The position numbers and the translations under genes were made by a program. The notes under the pieces were generated by a model. It was not told the DNA's origin, did not search any database, and saw nothing but the letters and a program-made list of their open reading frames with translations. DNA of 18,186 nucleotides from Thermoproteota archaeon (GTDB lineage Archaea; Asgardarchaeota; Jordiarchaeia; Jordiarchaeales; Freyrarchaeaceae): assembly GCA_029258835.1 (NCBI GenBank), contig JAPDJY010000083.1, forward strand, positions 1-18,186, in the 5' to 3' direction. Shown piece after piece: positions 1 through 9,100 of this stretch; the stretch's first letter is position 1, and every line of letters starts with the position of its first letter.

Positions 1-1
1 G

Positions 2-562
2 CCTGTCAGCGAGGGGCACGTCCTCACCCACCGGGTCCACGATCTTCTCTTCCGATCCCGGTTCACCTGTAAGCATCGACTCCTCCACCCGTAGCCTCAC
101 CGCCGTGAGGACGCGCATGTCCGCAGGGACAATGTCCCCCGCGGCTAAAACCACCATGTCCCCTAGAACAAGGCTTTCAGCATCCACAACCCGTGTCCCA
201 CCACCCCTAACCACGGTTGCCCTAGGGGCAGACAGCTGCTTAAGGGCTTCAAGAGCCTTCTCGGAGCGGTACTCCTGAGCGAAGCTCAGGGTGGCGTTCA
301 TGAAAATTATAGTCAATATTACCGCTGCGTCGATATAATGTCCTCCAATGATCGAGATGGCCGCGGCAACAGCCAGTATGTAGTTTAAGGCGTTGCGAAA
401 CTGCTTAAAAAACATTTTAAGGGCGGAGGGCCTCCTTAGACCGCTTATCCTGTTAGGTCCGTAAAGTTTCAGCCTTCTAGAAGCTTCCTCATCGCTCAAC
501 CCATGAGGGCTCGTCTTCAAGAGAGTCATAACTTCCTCCGAAGGCAGAGCATGCCAGCTCAA
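2..562 (-). CDS. P-type cation-transporting ATPase (P2A/Ca2+-ATPase-like), N-terminal part; runs off the left edge of the window
   Basis: Not in the ORF track; translated by hand from TTG at 562 (preceded by GGTGAGG): MSWHALPSEEVMTLLKTSPHGLSDEEASRRLKLYGPNRI...GDMVVLAAGDIVPADMRVL...VEESMLTGEPGSEEKIVDPVGEDVPLADR. This shows the cation ATPase N-terminal motif (GLS..EA..RL..YGPN), two hydrophobic helices and the actuator GD.VPAD and LTGE motifs. Confidence 0.92.
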   Translation of the reverse strand, partial: MSWHALPSEEVMTLLKTSPHGLSDEEASRRLKLYGPNRISGLRRPSALKMFFKQFRNALNYILAVAAAISIIGGHYIDAAVILTIIFMNATLSFAQEYRSEKALEALKQLSAPRATVVRGGGTRVVDAESLVLGDMVVLAAGDIVPADMRVLTAVRLRVEESMLTGEPGSEEKIVDPVGEDVPLADR

Positions 563-638
563 AACCTCACCATCTACCTGAAACCCCTCCTATCCATCAG
601 AAGAGCAGGTGACAGTACAAACAGAGGAAAGAAACCTC

Positions 639-652
639 TTTATAAATTTTTC
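639..652 (-). promoter_or_regulatory. Putative BRE+TATA promoter of the P-type ATPase
   Basis: Minus strand reads GAAAAA-TTTATAAA about 80 nt upstream of the start codon, matching the archaeal BRE/TATA consensus. Confidence 0.5.
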
Positions 653-978
653 AAGCCACATTAAAAGAGCTTTCCCGGGCTGCGGGCCCCAATTGACCGT
701 CTTTCCAGCGTTTTCGATCGCAGGTTGTATTCGTTCTATTCCTTCTCCTCCGGGCTTCCAGCCTGCTGGTGTAATTCCCGGTTCCTCGGGCAAACCTGAA
801 AGCTTGGAGCTGCCTGGAGGACTCCTCCAAGTTTCCGCCAACTGTAGCGTTCAGCACCTCGCAGCCTCGAAGAGTAGCGTCAGGTCGATTACGAACCTGC
901 TGTTTCATCCCTTTCACCCCCCTTTAGGGCGCTCTGCGAGGATGTTCTCCTGACGTTCCACGCCCCCAGGAGGGGTGA

Positions 979-1119
979 CGGGTTCGCCGACTTCGTTGGG
1001 AGCTTGGGGTTGAGAGGGGGGCTTGGGCTTTCAGGAGGCTCTACGACTTGAGGAAGAAAGCTGATTATGGCGGGGAGGGTGCTGGTGGGGGGCAAGGAGA
1101 GCGTTTGAAATCTACATGA
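979..1119 (+). pseudogene. Possible HEPN-domain (UPF0332-like) gene remnant
   Basis: A short open frame without a clear start reads ...ELGVERGAWAFRRLYDLRKKADYGGEG. The LR.KADY segment resembles the R-x3-D-Y motif of small archaeal HEPN proteins. Confidence 0.35.
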
Positions 1120-1205
1120 GGCGAGGATGCTTTGGGGGGCTTCGGAGCGATGATTAGCACTAACGTGGGTGGCTGACGGCGCGTTGGAGCGTTTTTGTGC
1201 TGGCT

Positions 1206-2207
1206 TTAGACGATTTTTAGGCTGAAGTCTATTTTTCCGTATCCTGCCGTTGCTAGTTTTCCTACGTGCATGTATCTTCCAAGCGTTAGGAGGGTTAGGG
1301 CTTCGACGGCGTCCTCGTGCCTCCAGAACCGGCTTGGAATCCTGTAGGTTGCCGTGCCGCTGTGGAACGGGCCGTAGTGCTCCCATCTAAGCCTCTCAAT
1401 GGAGAACTTCGAGGAAAACGTTGGTTGCAGGCTTAGATGGCTGGTTTCAATGAGGGACGCCGCCTCTATTATCGACTTCGCCTTCTCAGGGCTGAGCGGC
1501 TGCCACTCGTCGACATGGTACTCTGCTGTGATGCTGTAGCGCCTCGCAAGGTTCCTGATGAGCACGTGGAAGTCGAAGTCAGCCGCTCTCCCGTTGTGAA
1601 CCAGCCTGGTTGGCGTTTCAAAGTTCACTATTATGAATCTTGGCTCGGCTGCAGCCACCCTCTCAGCGACGCCTCTAATGTCGTCAAGGCTAATCACTGC
1701 ACCCCTCTTCTCCCTGTAAACGTACTCGCGCCCATTGCATATGGTTTCCTCCACACCCCTAATGTCGTTAACCACCCTTACAGTTAAAATCTTGAATCTC
1801 CTCCTCTCGTTCTTGGCTCTATCCCTCCCGATCCCCAGCTTCCCCATCTCGACCAGAGTGAATATGTAGATTGCCTCATGCCTCAAAGCCACGTCGCCTA
1901 TAAGGTTTAAGGCAAACCTGAAACGCCTCCTGTTCAGCATCTCGATGGGGTCCAGGGTGAAGGGGCGGGTTATATCCCTCAACCCCCTCCCAATCCTCGC
2001 GTCCGCCTTAACGTCAGGCCTCGTCTCGAAAGTCAAGTAGTAGAGGCACCCCCCTCTAACGCCGCAACCATCACAGGAACGCCTGGGAAAGCCGCATGAA
2101 ATCCTCCTCAAAACATAGCCGAAAACCCCTCTAAGAGCCGTTCCAGTCCACTCCGGAACCGAGAAGTCATCAACAAACTCGCAGTCAACAACAAGCCTCA
2201 AAATCAC
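1206..2207 (-). CDS. cas6: CRISPR pre-crRNA processing endoribonuclease Cas6 (RAMP)
   Basis: N-terminal GTALRGVFG followed by a Cys cluster (C-x6-C-x2-C-x5-C), FETPTRL, and the C-terminal glycine-rich loop HVGKLATAGYG. Likely start is GTG at 2207 after GGAGGGG (the ORF track starts at 2243). Co-oriented with the array. Confidence 0.93.
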   Translation of the reverse strand: MILRLVVDCEFVDDFSVPEWTGTALRGVFGYVLRRISCGFPRRSCDGCGVRGGCLYYLTFETRPDVKADARIGRGLRDITRPFTLDPIEMLNRRRFRFALNLIGDVALRHEAIYIFTLVEMGKLGIGRDRAKNERRRFKILTVRVVNDIRGVEETICNGREYVYREKRGAVISLDDIRGVAERVAAAEPRFIIVNFETPTRLVHNGRAADFDFHVLIRNLARRYSITAEYHVDEWQPLSPEKAKSIIEAASLIETSHLSLQPTFSSKFSIERLRWEHYGPFHSGTATYRIPSRFWRHEDAVEALTLLTLGRYMHVGKLATAGYGKIDFSLKIV

Positions 2208-2251
2208 GGCAACCCCTCCAGCTAAGGATGATACCTCCCACACTCACCCAC

Positions 2252-3137
2252 TCAACACCCATAAACCAAAGAACACCTCACCCCCAGCCCACCCCCTCCA
2301 CATCCCAAAACTAACCCCTCCAAACCTTCCAACCCCTCCTCATCCCTCCTATAAGACGGCTCCAGCACCAGCATCTCTCCCCTAGAAACAGCACCCTCGT
2401 CTACGCTCACCATGCGTCTTTCCACAAGCCCCGGAATAAAACGCCTGGCAGCCCCCAACCCTCTAAGAGACGCCTCGAGACGGGCAATGTTAACAGGCCC
2501 AAACTCCAGCCCACTCAACCTACTTATAATCTCCCCGATTCGAAGCGAGGAGAAAGGCAGCTCATACCACCTGCTCAAGTCCACCATCACCATGCCCTTA
2601 CCCCCTCCAAGTAGGGTGAAGCACTTGAAGCACCACACCCTCCCGGAAAACGTAACAGTATCTTGTGGGAGCCGCCGTGAAGCAACCCGGGATAGGGAGC
2701 GACCCATTAATCTGGTTGCCCCCCTTAACCATGTCAGCCCACACCTCATGCGACGCAGAGGACACAACGAGCGGATACGCCTTCGAAAAACAGCCCTCAA
2801 AGTCCACGTGATCAACCTCAACAAAGCAAAAATCAGGCCACCTAGAAACCTTCAAGTCCAAGAAAAGCAAGGAAAGATAGGCGGCAATCACCTCAGGAAC
2901 AGGCCGCCTCCTCACCCCACACCTCCCACCCTCATACCTAGCCTCAACACCCCCCGCCACCACCCCACACGTGAAAGCCACCACCTCCAGCCTCCCCCCA
3001 CCATCACCAACACAACCCGAAAACCCGAAGAAACCCATCACAACAGGATCTCCCTCCTCCCCCCTAAGGGCAAGGTAAACGTAACCCAACGGAAACGGCA
3101 ACCAGCCAACCTGAAGCCCACCCACATGATAAACCAT
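2252..3137 (-). pseudogene. Frameshifted CARF-like (Rossmann fold) protein with probable C-terminal helical/wHTH domain
   Basis: ORF 2598-3137 (MVYHVGGL...VEVDHVDFEGCF...EVWADMVKGGNQINGSL...RYCYVF...LHP) has a CARF-like first strand and a motif-II-like D-x-x-x-GG segment followed by a Y.YV strand. It continues in a shifted frame across a G-run near 2601-2605 into 2252-2593 (RWYELPF...VNIARLEASL...). ATG at 3137 has a GGAGGT ribosome-binding site. Confidence 0.55.
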
Positions 3138-3215
3138 CCCTCTACCTCCCTGCACAAAATAGAAAAAATAAGATAAAAAATTTTCTCAACTAGCGCATTT
3201 CACCCCCATCTGCCC

Positions 3216-3438
3216 CTAATCTTTCAGATAACCTACCTCCGCCATCCATACAAGCCCCACTAGAAAAGTACAACACCCCCTGTCGTTTGCACATAAAGGT
3301 ATGAAGCACACGTCAGCCCAGTCCTCACTACCATAACAGCAAACCCCCAGCCACCCCCCTAAACCCAACCCCAGACAGCTCAACACCACTCAACACCCTG
3401 AAAATATTCTGAACCCCAGAACCCCCGGCCACCACACG
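3216..3438 (-). pseudogene. Probable truncated, frameshifted cas2 remnant
   Basis: Hand translation gives GSGVQNIFRVLSGVELSG, then a frameshift, then GSEDWADVCFIPLCANDRG. This resembles the Cas2 G..VQ.SVF and D.V...PLC..C/D segments. The N-terminal YDI motif is absent. Confidence 0.35.
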
Positions 3439-5700
3439 ATAACATTCCCCTTTTCATCGGGATTTGTTTGTTGACAATTCCAGAGAAAGACTTTGCAGAA
3501 TTAAAACAGTCTATGTTGCCGTTCCCTTTTCATCGGGATTTGTTTGTTGACAGGATACTTCTTTCAGGCGAGTTCATCAGTGCTATTGGCCAGTTGCCGT
3601 TCCCTTTTCATCGGGATTTGTTTGTTGACATGTTAAAATCGAGGAATCGAAAACAGGGAAAAGCCTGGTGTTGCCGTTCCCTTTTCATCGGGATTTGTTT
3701 GTTGACTGGCCAAAGCACTAAACAAAGATTTCATGAATCAGGTGAGTTGCCGTTCCCTTTTCATCGGGATTTGTTTGTTGACAAACTTTTTCGTCCCCCG
3801 GAGGCGGGGGCGGAATCCCGGTTGCCGTTCCCTTTTCATCGGGATTTGTTTGTTGACAAAGAGATAAATCAGCAAATAGAAGAACTAAGGAAAAGAAGTT
3901 GCCGTTCCCTTTTCATCGGGATTTGTTTGTTGACGTCTGGAAAAGCGTAGTTCATGCAAACGTTAAATTCTTTGAGTTGCCGTTCCCTTTTCATCGGGAT
4001 TTGTTTGTTGACAAAAAGTAGAGAGGTGGTGGTAAAAATGTGTGGGGTAAGGTTGCCGTTCCCTTTTCATCGGGATTTGTTTGTTGACGGGATAAATGCT
4101 GTTGTATCAAGTTCGAAAGATGGTATATAGTTGCCGTTCCCTTTTCATCGGGATTTGTTTGTTGACTAATGAGAAAGGTAGTGGAGCAGGGTATGAGCAA
4201 AGGTTGCCGTTCCCTTTTCATCGGGATTTGTTTGTTGACTGAGGAGGGTGGGGGAGTCGAGAGTATCCGTGTCCAAAACCTGGTTGCCGTTCCCTTTTCA
4301 TCGGGATTTGTTTGTTGACTCTGGACTGTCAACAGCTCCTCAAGTATGGTTTACAAGTATGTTGCCGTTCCCTTTTCATCGGGATTTGTTTGTTGACGAA
4401 ATTGGAGGGCGGGGCGGTCTTCGAAGTCAATGAAGACGTTGCCGTTCCCTTTTCATCGGGATTTGTTTGTTGACATAAGGCAACAATTGCCAGGGTTACC
4501 AGAGGGCATGTCGATTCAGTTGCCGTTCCCTTTTCATCGGGATTTGTTTGTTGACCGGAAACTACGTGATTGCAGTAAGTCAGATGGTCAGCGACGTTGC
4601 CGTTCCCTTTTCATCGGGATTTGTTTGTTGACACAATAAAATTTTTTCTTTTTGTTTTCTTTTTTTTATTTTTGTTGCCGTTCCCTTTTCATCGGGATTT
4701 GTTTGTTGACCTGAAGAGTTTCATAGGGTTTTATTTTGCGACAGTGACGAGCTGTTGCCGTTCCCTTTTCATCGGGATTTGTTTGTTGACGTGGAAAATC
4801 AGAGCTTACAATTCGGAGACGGGGAGGGTGTTGCCGTTCCCTTTTCATCGGGATTTGTTTGTTGACTTAACCACGGAGCTAATAGAGAACATTAGACAGG
4901 AATGTTGCCGTTCCCTTTTCATCGGGATTTGTTTGTTGACTGCGAAAAGCCTCATCCGCAGAGCCAAGATAGCAGGTACTGTTGCCGTTCCCTTTTCATC
5001 GGGATTTGTTTGTTGACTTTATCTGTGAGGGGTGAAAACATGGGTGTGAGAATCGTTGCCGTTCCCTTTTCATCGGGATTTGTTTGTTGACATCACAGGG
5101 CACAATTGTTACAGGACGCCTTAGAAAAGTTGCCGTTCCCTTTTCATCGGGATTTGTTTGTTGACGGAGAGGGGAGAAAAGGAGACGTGGGTGTTAGCTA
5201 CCGCTAGTTGCCGTTCCCTTTTCATCGGGATTTGTTTGTTGACAGAGTATGGATACAGAGGAACTTAGTGCAACTTAAACGGTTGCCGTTCCCTTTTCAT
5301 CGGGATTTGTTTGTTGACTGAGCATTCACATCACGTTTGATGTTCCATTAAGTCAGTTGCCGTTCCCTTTTCATCGGGATTTGTTTGTTGACATAGTTAC
5401 ACTCTACAGCTCAGCAGCAGAGATCATGATAGGGTTGCCGTTCCCTTTTCATCGGGATTTGTTTGTTGACCTTCCAAGCTCAACCGGGATAGGCACAGGA
5501 AAAACAGTTGCCGTTCCCTTTTCATCGGGATTTGTTTGTTGACAAACTAGGAAATCAAAAACGTCAACATGGCTAACATCAGAATGTTGCCGTTCCCTTT
5601 TCATCGGGATTTGTTTGTTGACCCGTCAGAAAACAAAAGGCGTTACGGGAAACTAGAGAAGGAGTTGCCGTTCCCTTTTCATCGGGATTTGTTTGTTGAC
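3439..5700 (-). CRISPR. CRISPR array: 29 identical 37-bp repeats plus one degenerate terminal repeat, and 29 spacers of 36-44 bp
   Basis: Plus-strand repeat is GTTGCCGTTCCCTTTTCATCGGGATTTGTTTGTTGAC (first perfect copy 3515-3551, last 5664-5700). The transcribed sense is inferred as GTCAACAAACAAATCCCGATGAAAAGGGAACGGCAAC, with a TCCC/GGGA hairpin and 8-nt 3' handle ACGGCAAC. The degenerate copy ending at 3475 marks the trailer and the AT-rich leader lies right of 5700, so the array is read on the minus strand. Confidence 0.99.
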
Positions 5701-6050
5701 TGGGTGTTTTATTTTGTTTTTTTGGTTTTTTAAGGTTTTCTTTTCCTATTTTTCTTTCTAGTTGTTCTGGGGGGTTTCTTCGACTTTTGTCGAATACCGA
5801 AAAGTATATATGTGATTGTTGATCTCGCAAAAGTTTTAAAGCGGTGGGAAAACCCCGTTTTTGTTTTCCGACATTTTTCTTCACGATTCTCTGCAATTGA
5901 ATTTTTTAAATTCTTATTTTTCCTTTTACGCTTATTCTTTGCCTTAACTGCACAAACTGTGCAGCGCGTGATAGGATGTTTGAATGCGGGTGGTTTTCTG
6001 TGTTTTGTTGTGTTTTGTTCGGTTTTTCCTGTTTTTTGTTGTATGTTGTT
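5701..6050 (-). promoter_or_regulatory. CRISPR leader / divergent promoter region
   Basis: AT-rich non-coding stretch abutting the last perfect repeat, with TATA-like elements near 5805, 5835 and 5905. It lies between the array and the divergently transcribed cas10. Confidence 0.75.
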
Positions 6051-6052
6051 CC

Positions 6053-6067
6053 AGTAAGATTTATAAG
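6053..6067 (+). promoter_or_regulatory. Putative BRE/TATA promoter of the cmr operon
   Basis: AGTAAGA-TTTATAAG about 75 nt upstream of the cas10 ATG. Confidence 0.5.
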
Positions 6068-6138
6068 CTTAAAATAGTTAGAGAGATTACCAGTGCTGGC
6101 GGGTTTGTCTTTTGGTATGGGTTTGTTGGAGGGTTGGT

Positions 6139-9100
6139 ATGGGTTATTGGGAGGGTAAGTTGGCGGGTTTTCTTCACGATCCTCTAGATAAGGTTTTGAG
6201 GAAGGATCATGCGGAGGATGCGGGGAAGATTGCTTCGGATTTGCTTAAAGGGGCGAATGTTAGTGAGGATGTTATTAGTGAGGTTAGGTGTCATCATGAG
6301 GAGGGGAGGCTTTTACGTGTTCCTGACATGGCGGCGTCTGCGGCTAATAGGACTTTGGTTCCGAGTAAGGGGGGTGATTTGGTTCTTCAGAACCCGTTTT
6401 CGGGTGTTTTGATTAGGCCTGTTCTTCCTGCTCCTTTTTCGGTTGGGGGTTTGCCTAGTTTTGGCTCTGTTGCGGGGGGGATGGGTGGGAGGGAGGCTTT
6501 GTTGAGTGTTGCTCGTTGTCTTGTTCCTCTTTACCATGGGTTTCACCTGGGTTGTGGGAGGGGTGAGGTTGCTCGGTGTGTTTTGCTTCTTCCTGAGGAT
6601 ACTCGTGTTCCTTCTTCTCCGATGTTTTCGCACCTTCAGATGGTGAGTGCGCTTGCGGGTATGGGTGGGGTGGAGGAGCTTGGCTTTCACCTGGTTTATG
6701 TTGATATTGGGGGTGTTCAGGAGTTTATTTCTGTTTCGAGGAAGACCGCTGATTTTTGGGCTTCGAGCTATGTTTTCTCTCTTCTTAGCCTTTCTGGGAT
6801 AAGGGCTTTGGTGGACTGGCTTGGCCCTCAGCAGCTGATCCTTCCTTGGTGGCTTTACTCTCCTCTCATAGAGTCCTGTGTTTTCGGGGTTGAGAAGGAC
6901 TGGGAGGAGCTTGTCGCTCCGACTGTCCCGAACTCTGCTCTCCTGATAATCCGTGGGTCGCCTGAAGGAGGGGTGGACGAGGAGGCGATTAAGAGGAAGC
7001 TGTACGAGGCCATGGTGGACTTCTGGAACGGTGTTTGTGAAAGGTTTCTGGAGGAGGTTAAGAAGTATGTTGGCGGTGGAAAGGCGTGGGGGGAGGTTGA
7101 GAAGCAGGTTAGGAGGCAGATGGAGTTCTTCTCCCTGTTTAGGAAGGTGAGGGTTGCAGTGCTTAGGTATCCGGGGGACGTTAGGGGTGACGGGCAACTT
7201 AAGGAGGCGTATGAGCGGCTTCGGGAGGAGGGGGGATTTGAGGAGCTGGCTGAGCTTAAAGCCGCTCTTAGCAGGGCAGGTCTGGGTTATGAGAGCTTTA
7301 AGCTTGAGGACTTTGAGGCTGTTAACGGGGCGCTTGGCGCCGTCATGTCGTCGGAGAAGGGGAGGGAGCTGTTCGCCTCCGAGGTGGTTCCAGGGGGAGC
7401 GGAGAAGTGTAGCCTCTGCGGCGTAAGGGACTTCCTCAAGCTTGAAGGCGCTTGGAAAAAGCTGGAGGAGGGACTGGTGGTCGATGCCGACGAGCGGCTC
7501 TGCGCCCCATGCCTCCTCAAACGCCTCTTCAGAGAAATTTGGCCGGACGTGCTAAGAAGCCTTGGCGTGAAGCCGCGCGGCGAAACGTTGAAGTATCCTG
7601 TTCCGTCTCTTGGGGATGTTGCGACGGCTTGGTTTAGGGCATCCCTGCTTGCCCTCATGTTAGCGTCGTTAGAGATGGGAGATGATGAAAAACGCGCTGT
7701 CAGTGAAGCGGTAGGTAAGTTCTCGGATTACCTTGAGATCGCGAGAAAGATTGCCAATGAGTACAAGGTTTCACAGGAAAGCATCCGTCTAGTTTTGAAG
7801 GATAAAGAACTGTTAGTGTATAACAGGTTAATTCACTCTCTTTACATGGAGCTTAGTGGTGTTCTGGGCAGGAGGAAAAATGATAGGGCGAAAAACGATA
7901 GTATTGGAAAGTTTGCTAGGAATATTGTGTATACGAGTTCGGTGCTTGTGATGTTTGACGAGCTTGTTTCCAGCCTGTCACGTGAACTGGGGGATGCGGG
8001 GGAGGCGAGGCGCATTCTGAGGGAGGGGAAGGTTGATGACGCTTACGAGAAGGCTGTGGAAGCCTTGAGGAGGCTGAGGGGGAATGGCGAGCTTGTGAGG
8101 CGTGCTTCTGAGAAGCTGTTTGAGCATGTTTGCCGTATTCTTGGTTTGAGTGAGGGGGAGGCTACTCGCAGGTTGGCGGAGGCTGTCCTTAAGCCTGTCC
8201 AGCGGAGGCTTCCTCTTATCAAGAAGGGGGAGAAGCTGCCGTTGCCGGTTAGCCTTACCCCTCAGAGCCGTTTCGCCCTTTTGAGGATGGATGGGGACGA
8301 CGTGGGTGGCAAGTGGATTAGCGGGAAGCTGCTTCCACCTTGGCATGTTTTGATAGCCCCCAACAACGAGGAGAAAGTCCTCGATGATAGGAGGAAGGTG
8401 GAGGATGGGGAGGGGAGGGTTTATGGGGGTGTTTATGCTAGGTCTAGGCCTGTTGCGCCTTCGACTCTTTCGACGCTTTCGATGGTTATCACGCTGAACA
8501 CTGGGGTTGTTCGTAGTGTGGTTGAGGCTTTTGGGGGCTTTCTCGTTTATAGTGGTGGGGATGACGTGCTGGCTATTCTCCCGGCTGAGGTGTGGCACTA
8601 CGTTTACCTTCTCCTGCGGTTCCTTTACTCGCGTGAGGTGATGGACTCGCTCGACGTTGGGAGGGGGCGCGTGTACGTTTACGGGATGGGTGTGAGGGCT
8701 ACGGCTTCCTTCTCCGTTGTGGTGGCTCACTACAAGGCTTACTTGAAGAGGGTGATAGAGGACTCGTATGAGATGCTGGAGAGGCAGAGTAAGGGGTTGG
8801 AGGAGTCCGGGGTCACCGTGAAGGACGGCTTATCCGTTGTTTTGATGTCCCGGAGCGCGCCGATCCAGCGAGTCTACGCCCTTCCCAACATGCTCGTCAA
8901 GAGCGGTGGGAAACTGGAGTCCCTGAGACTGTACGATGAAAGAAGGGTGAGCGAAGCCAGGGGGCGCATCATGAATGGAGGAAAGGTGGTTGACTGGTGG
9001 ATGGGCGAGTTTGGCTCCCTGCTAAGCGCCGTCTCCGGCTCCAAAGTTGAAAGCTATGTCCCGGGTGGTGGCGACTTCAACTTTATTGGGGTTGCTCCGA

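Noticed and set aside
1-562. P-type ATPase as a CRISPR-linked membrane effector
   Set aside because: It has its own promoter-like element and no sensor domain in the visible part, so it is most likely a flanking housekeeping gene.
590-953. Three short overlapping ORFs (83, 114 and 88 aa) upstream of the ATPase
   Set aside because: No recognisable motifs, and they overlap the putative ATPase promoter. The 651-917 ORF has a ribosome-binding-site-like sequence but cannot be assigned.
3091-3102. GGAAACGGCAAC resembles the repeat 3' handle in the opposite orientation to the array
   Set aside because: It is too short, lacks the hairpin, and lies inside the CARF-like pseudogene where it is explained by Val-Ala-Val codons.
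2412-3176. 254-aa plus-strand ORF rich in Pro/His/Thr/Asn, and similar antisense ORFs within cas10, the cmr genes and 16963-17760
   Set aside because: These are shadow ORFs produced by the C/A-rich antisense strand of real or decayed genes.
4167-4202. Spacer shares ATGAGAAAGGTAG with the cmr1 start (14293-14305), a possible self-target
   Set aside because: Only 13 contiguous nt match, at the crRNA 3' end, and the rest mismatches heavily. This is compatible with chance.
3468-5896. Multiple ORFs with repeated LPFPFHRDLFVD or QQTNPDEKGTAT peptides
   Set aside because: They are translations of the CRISPR repeats, not proteins.
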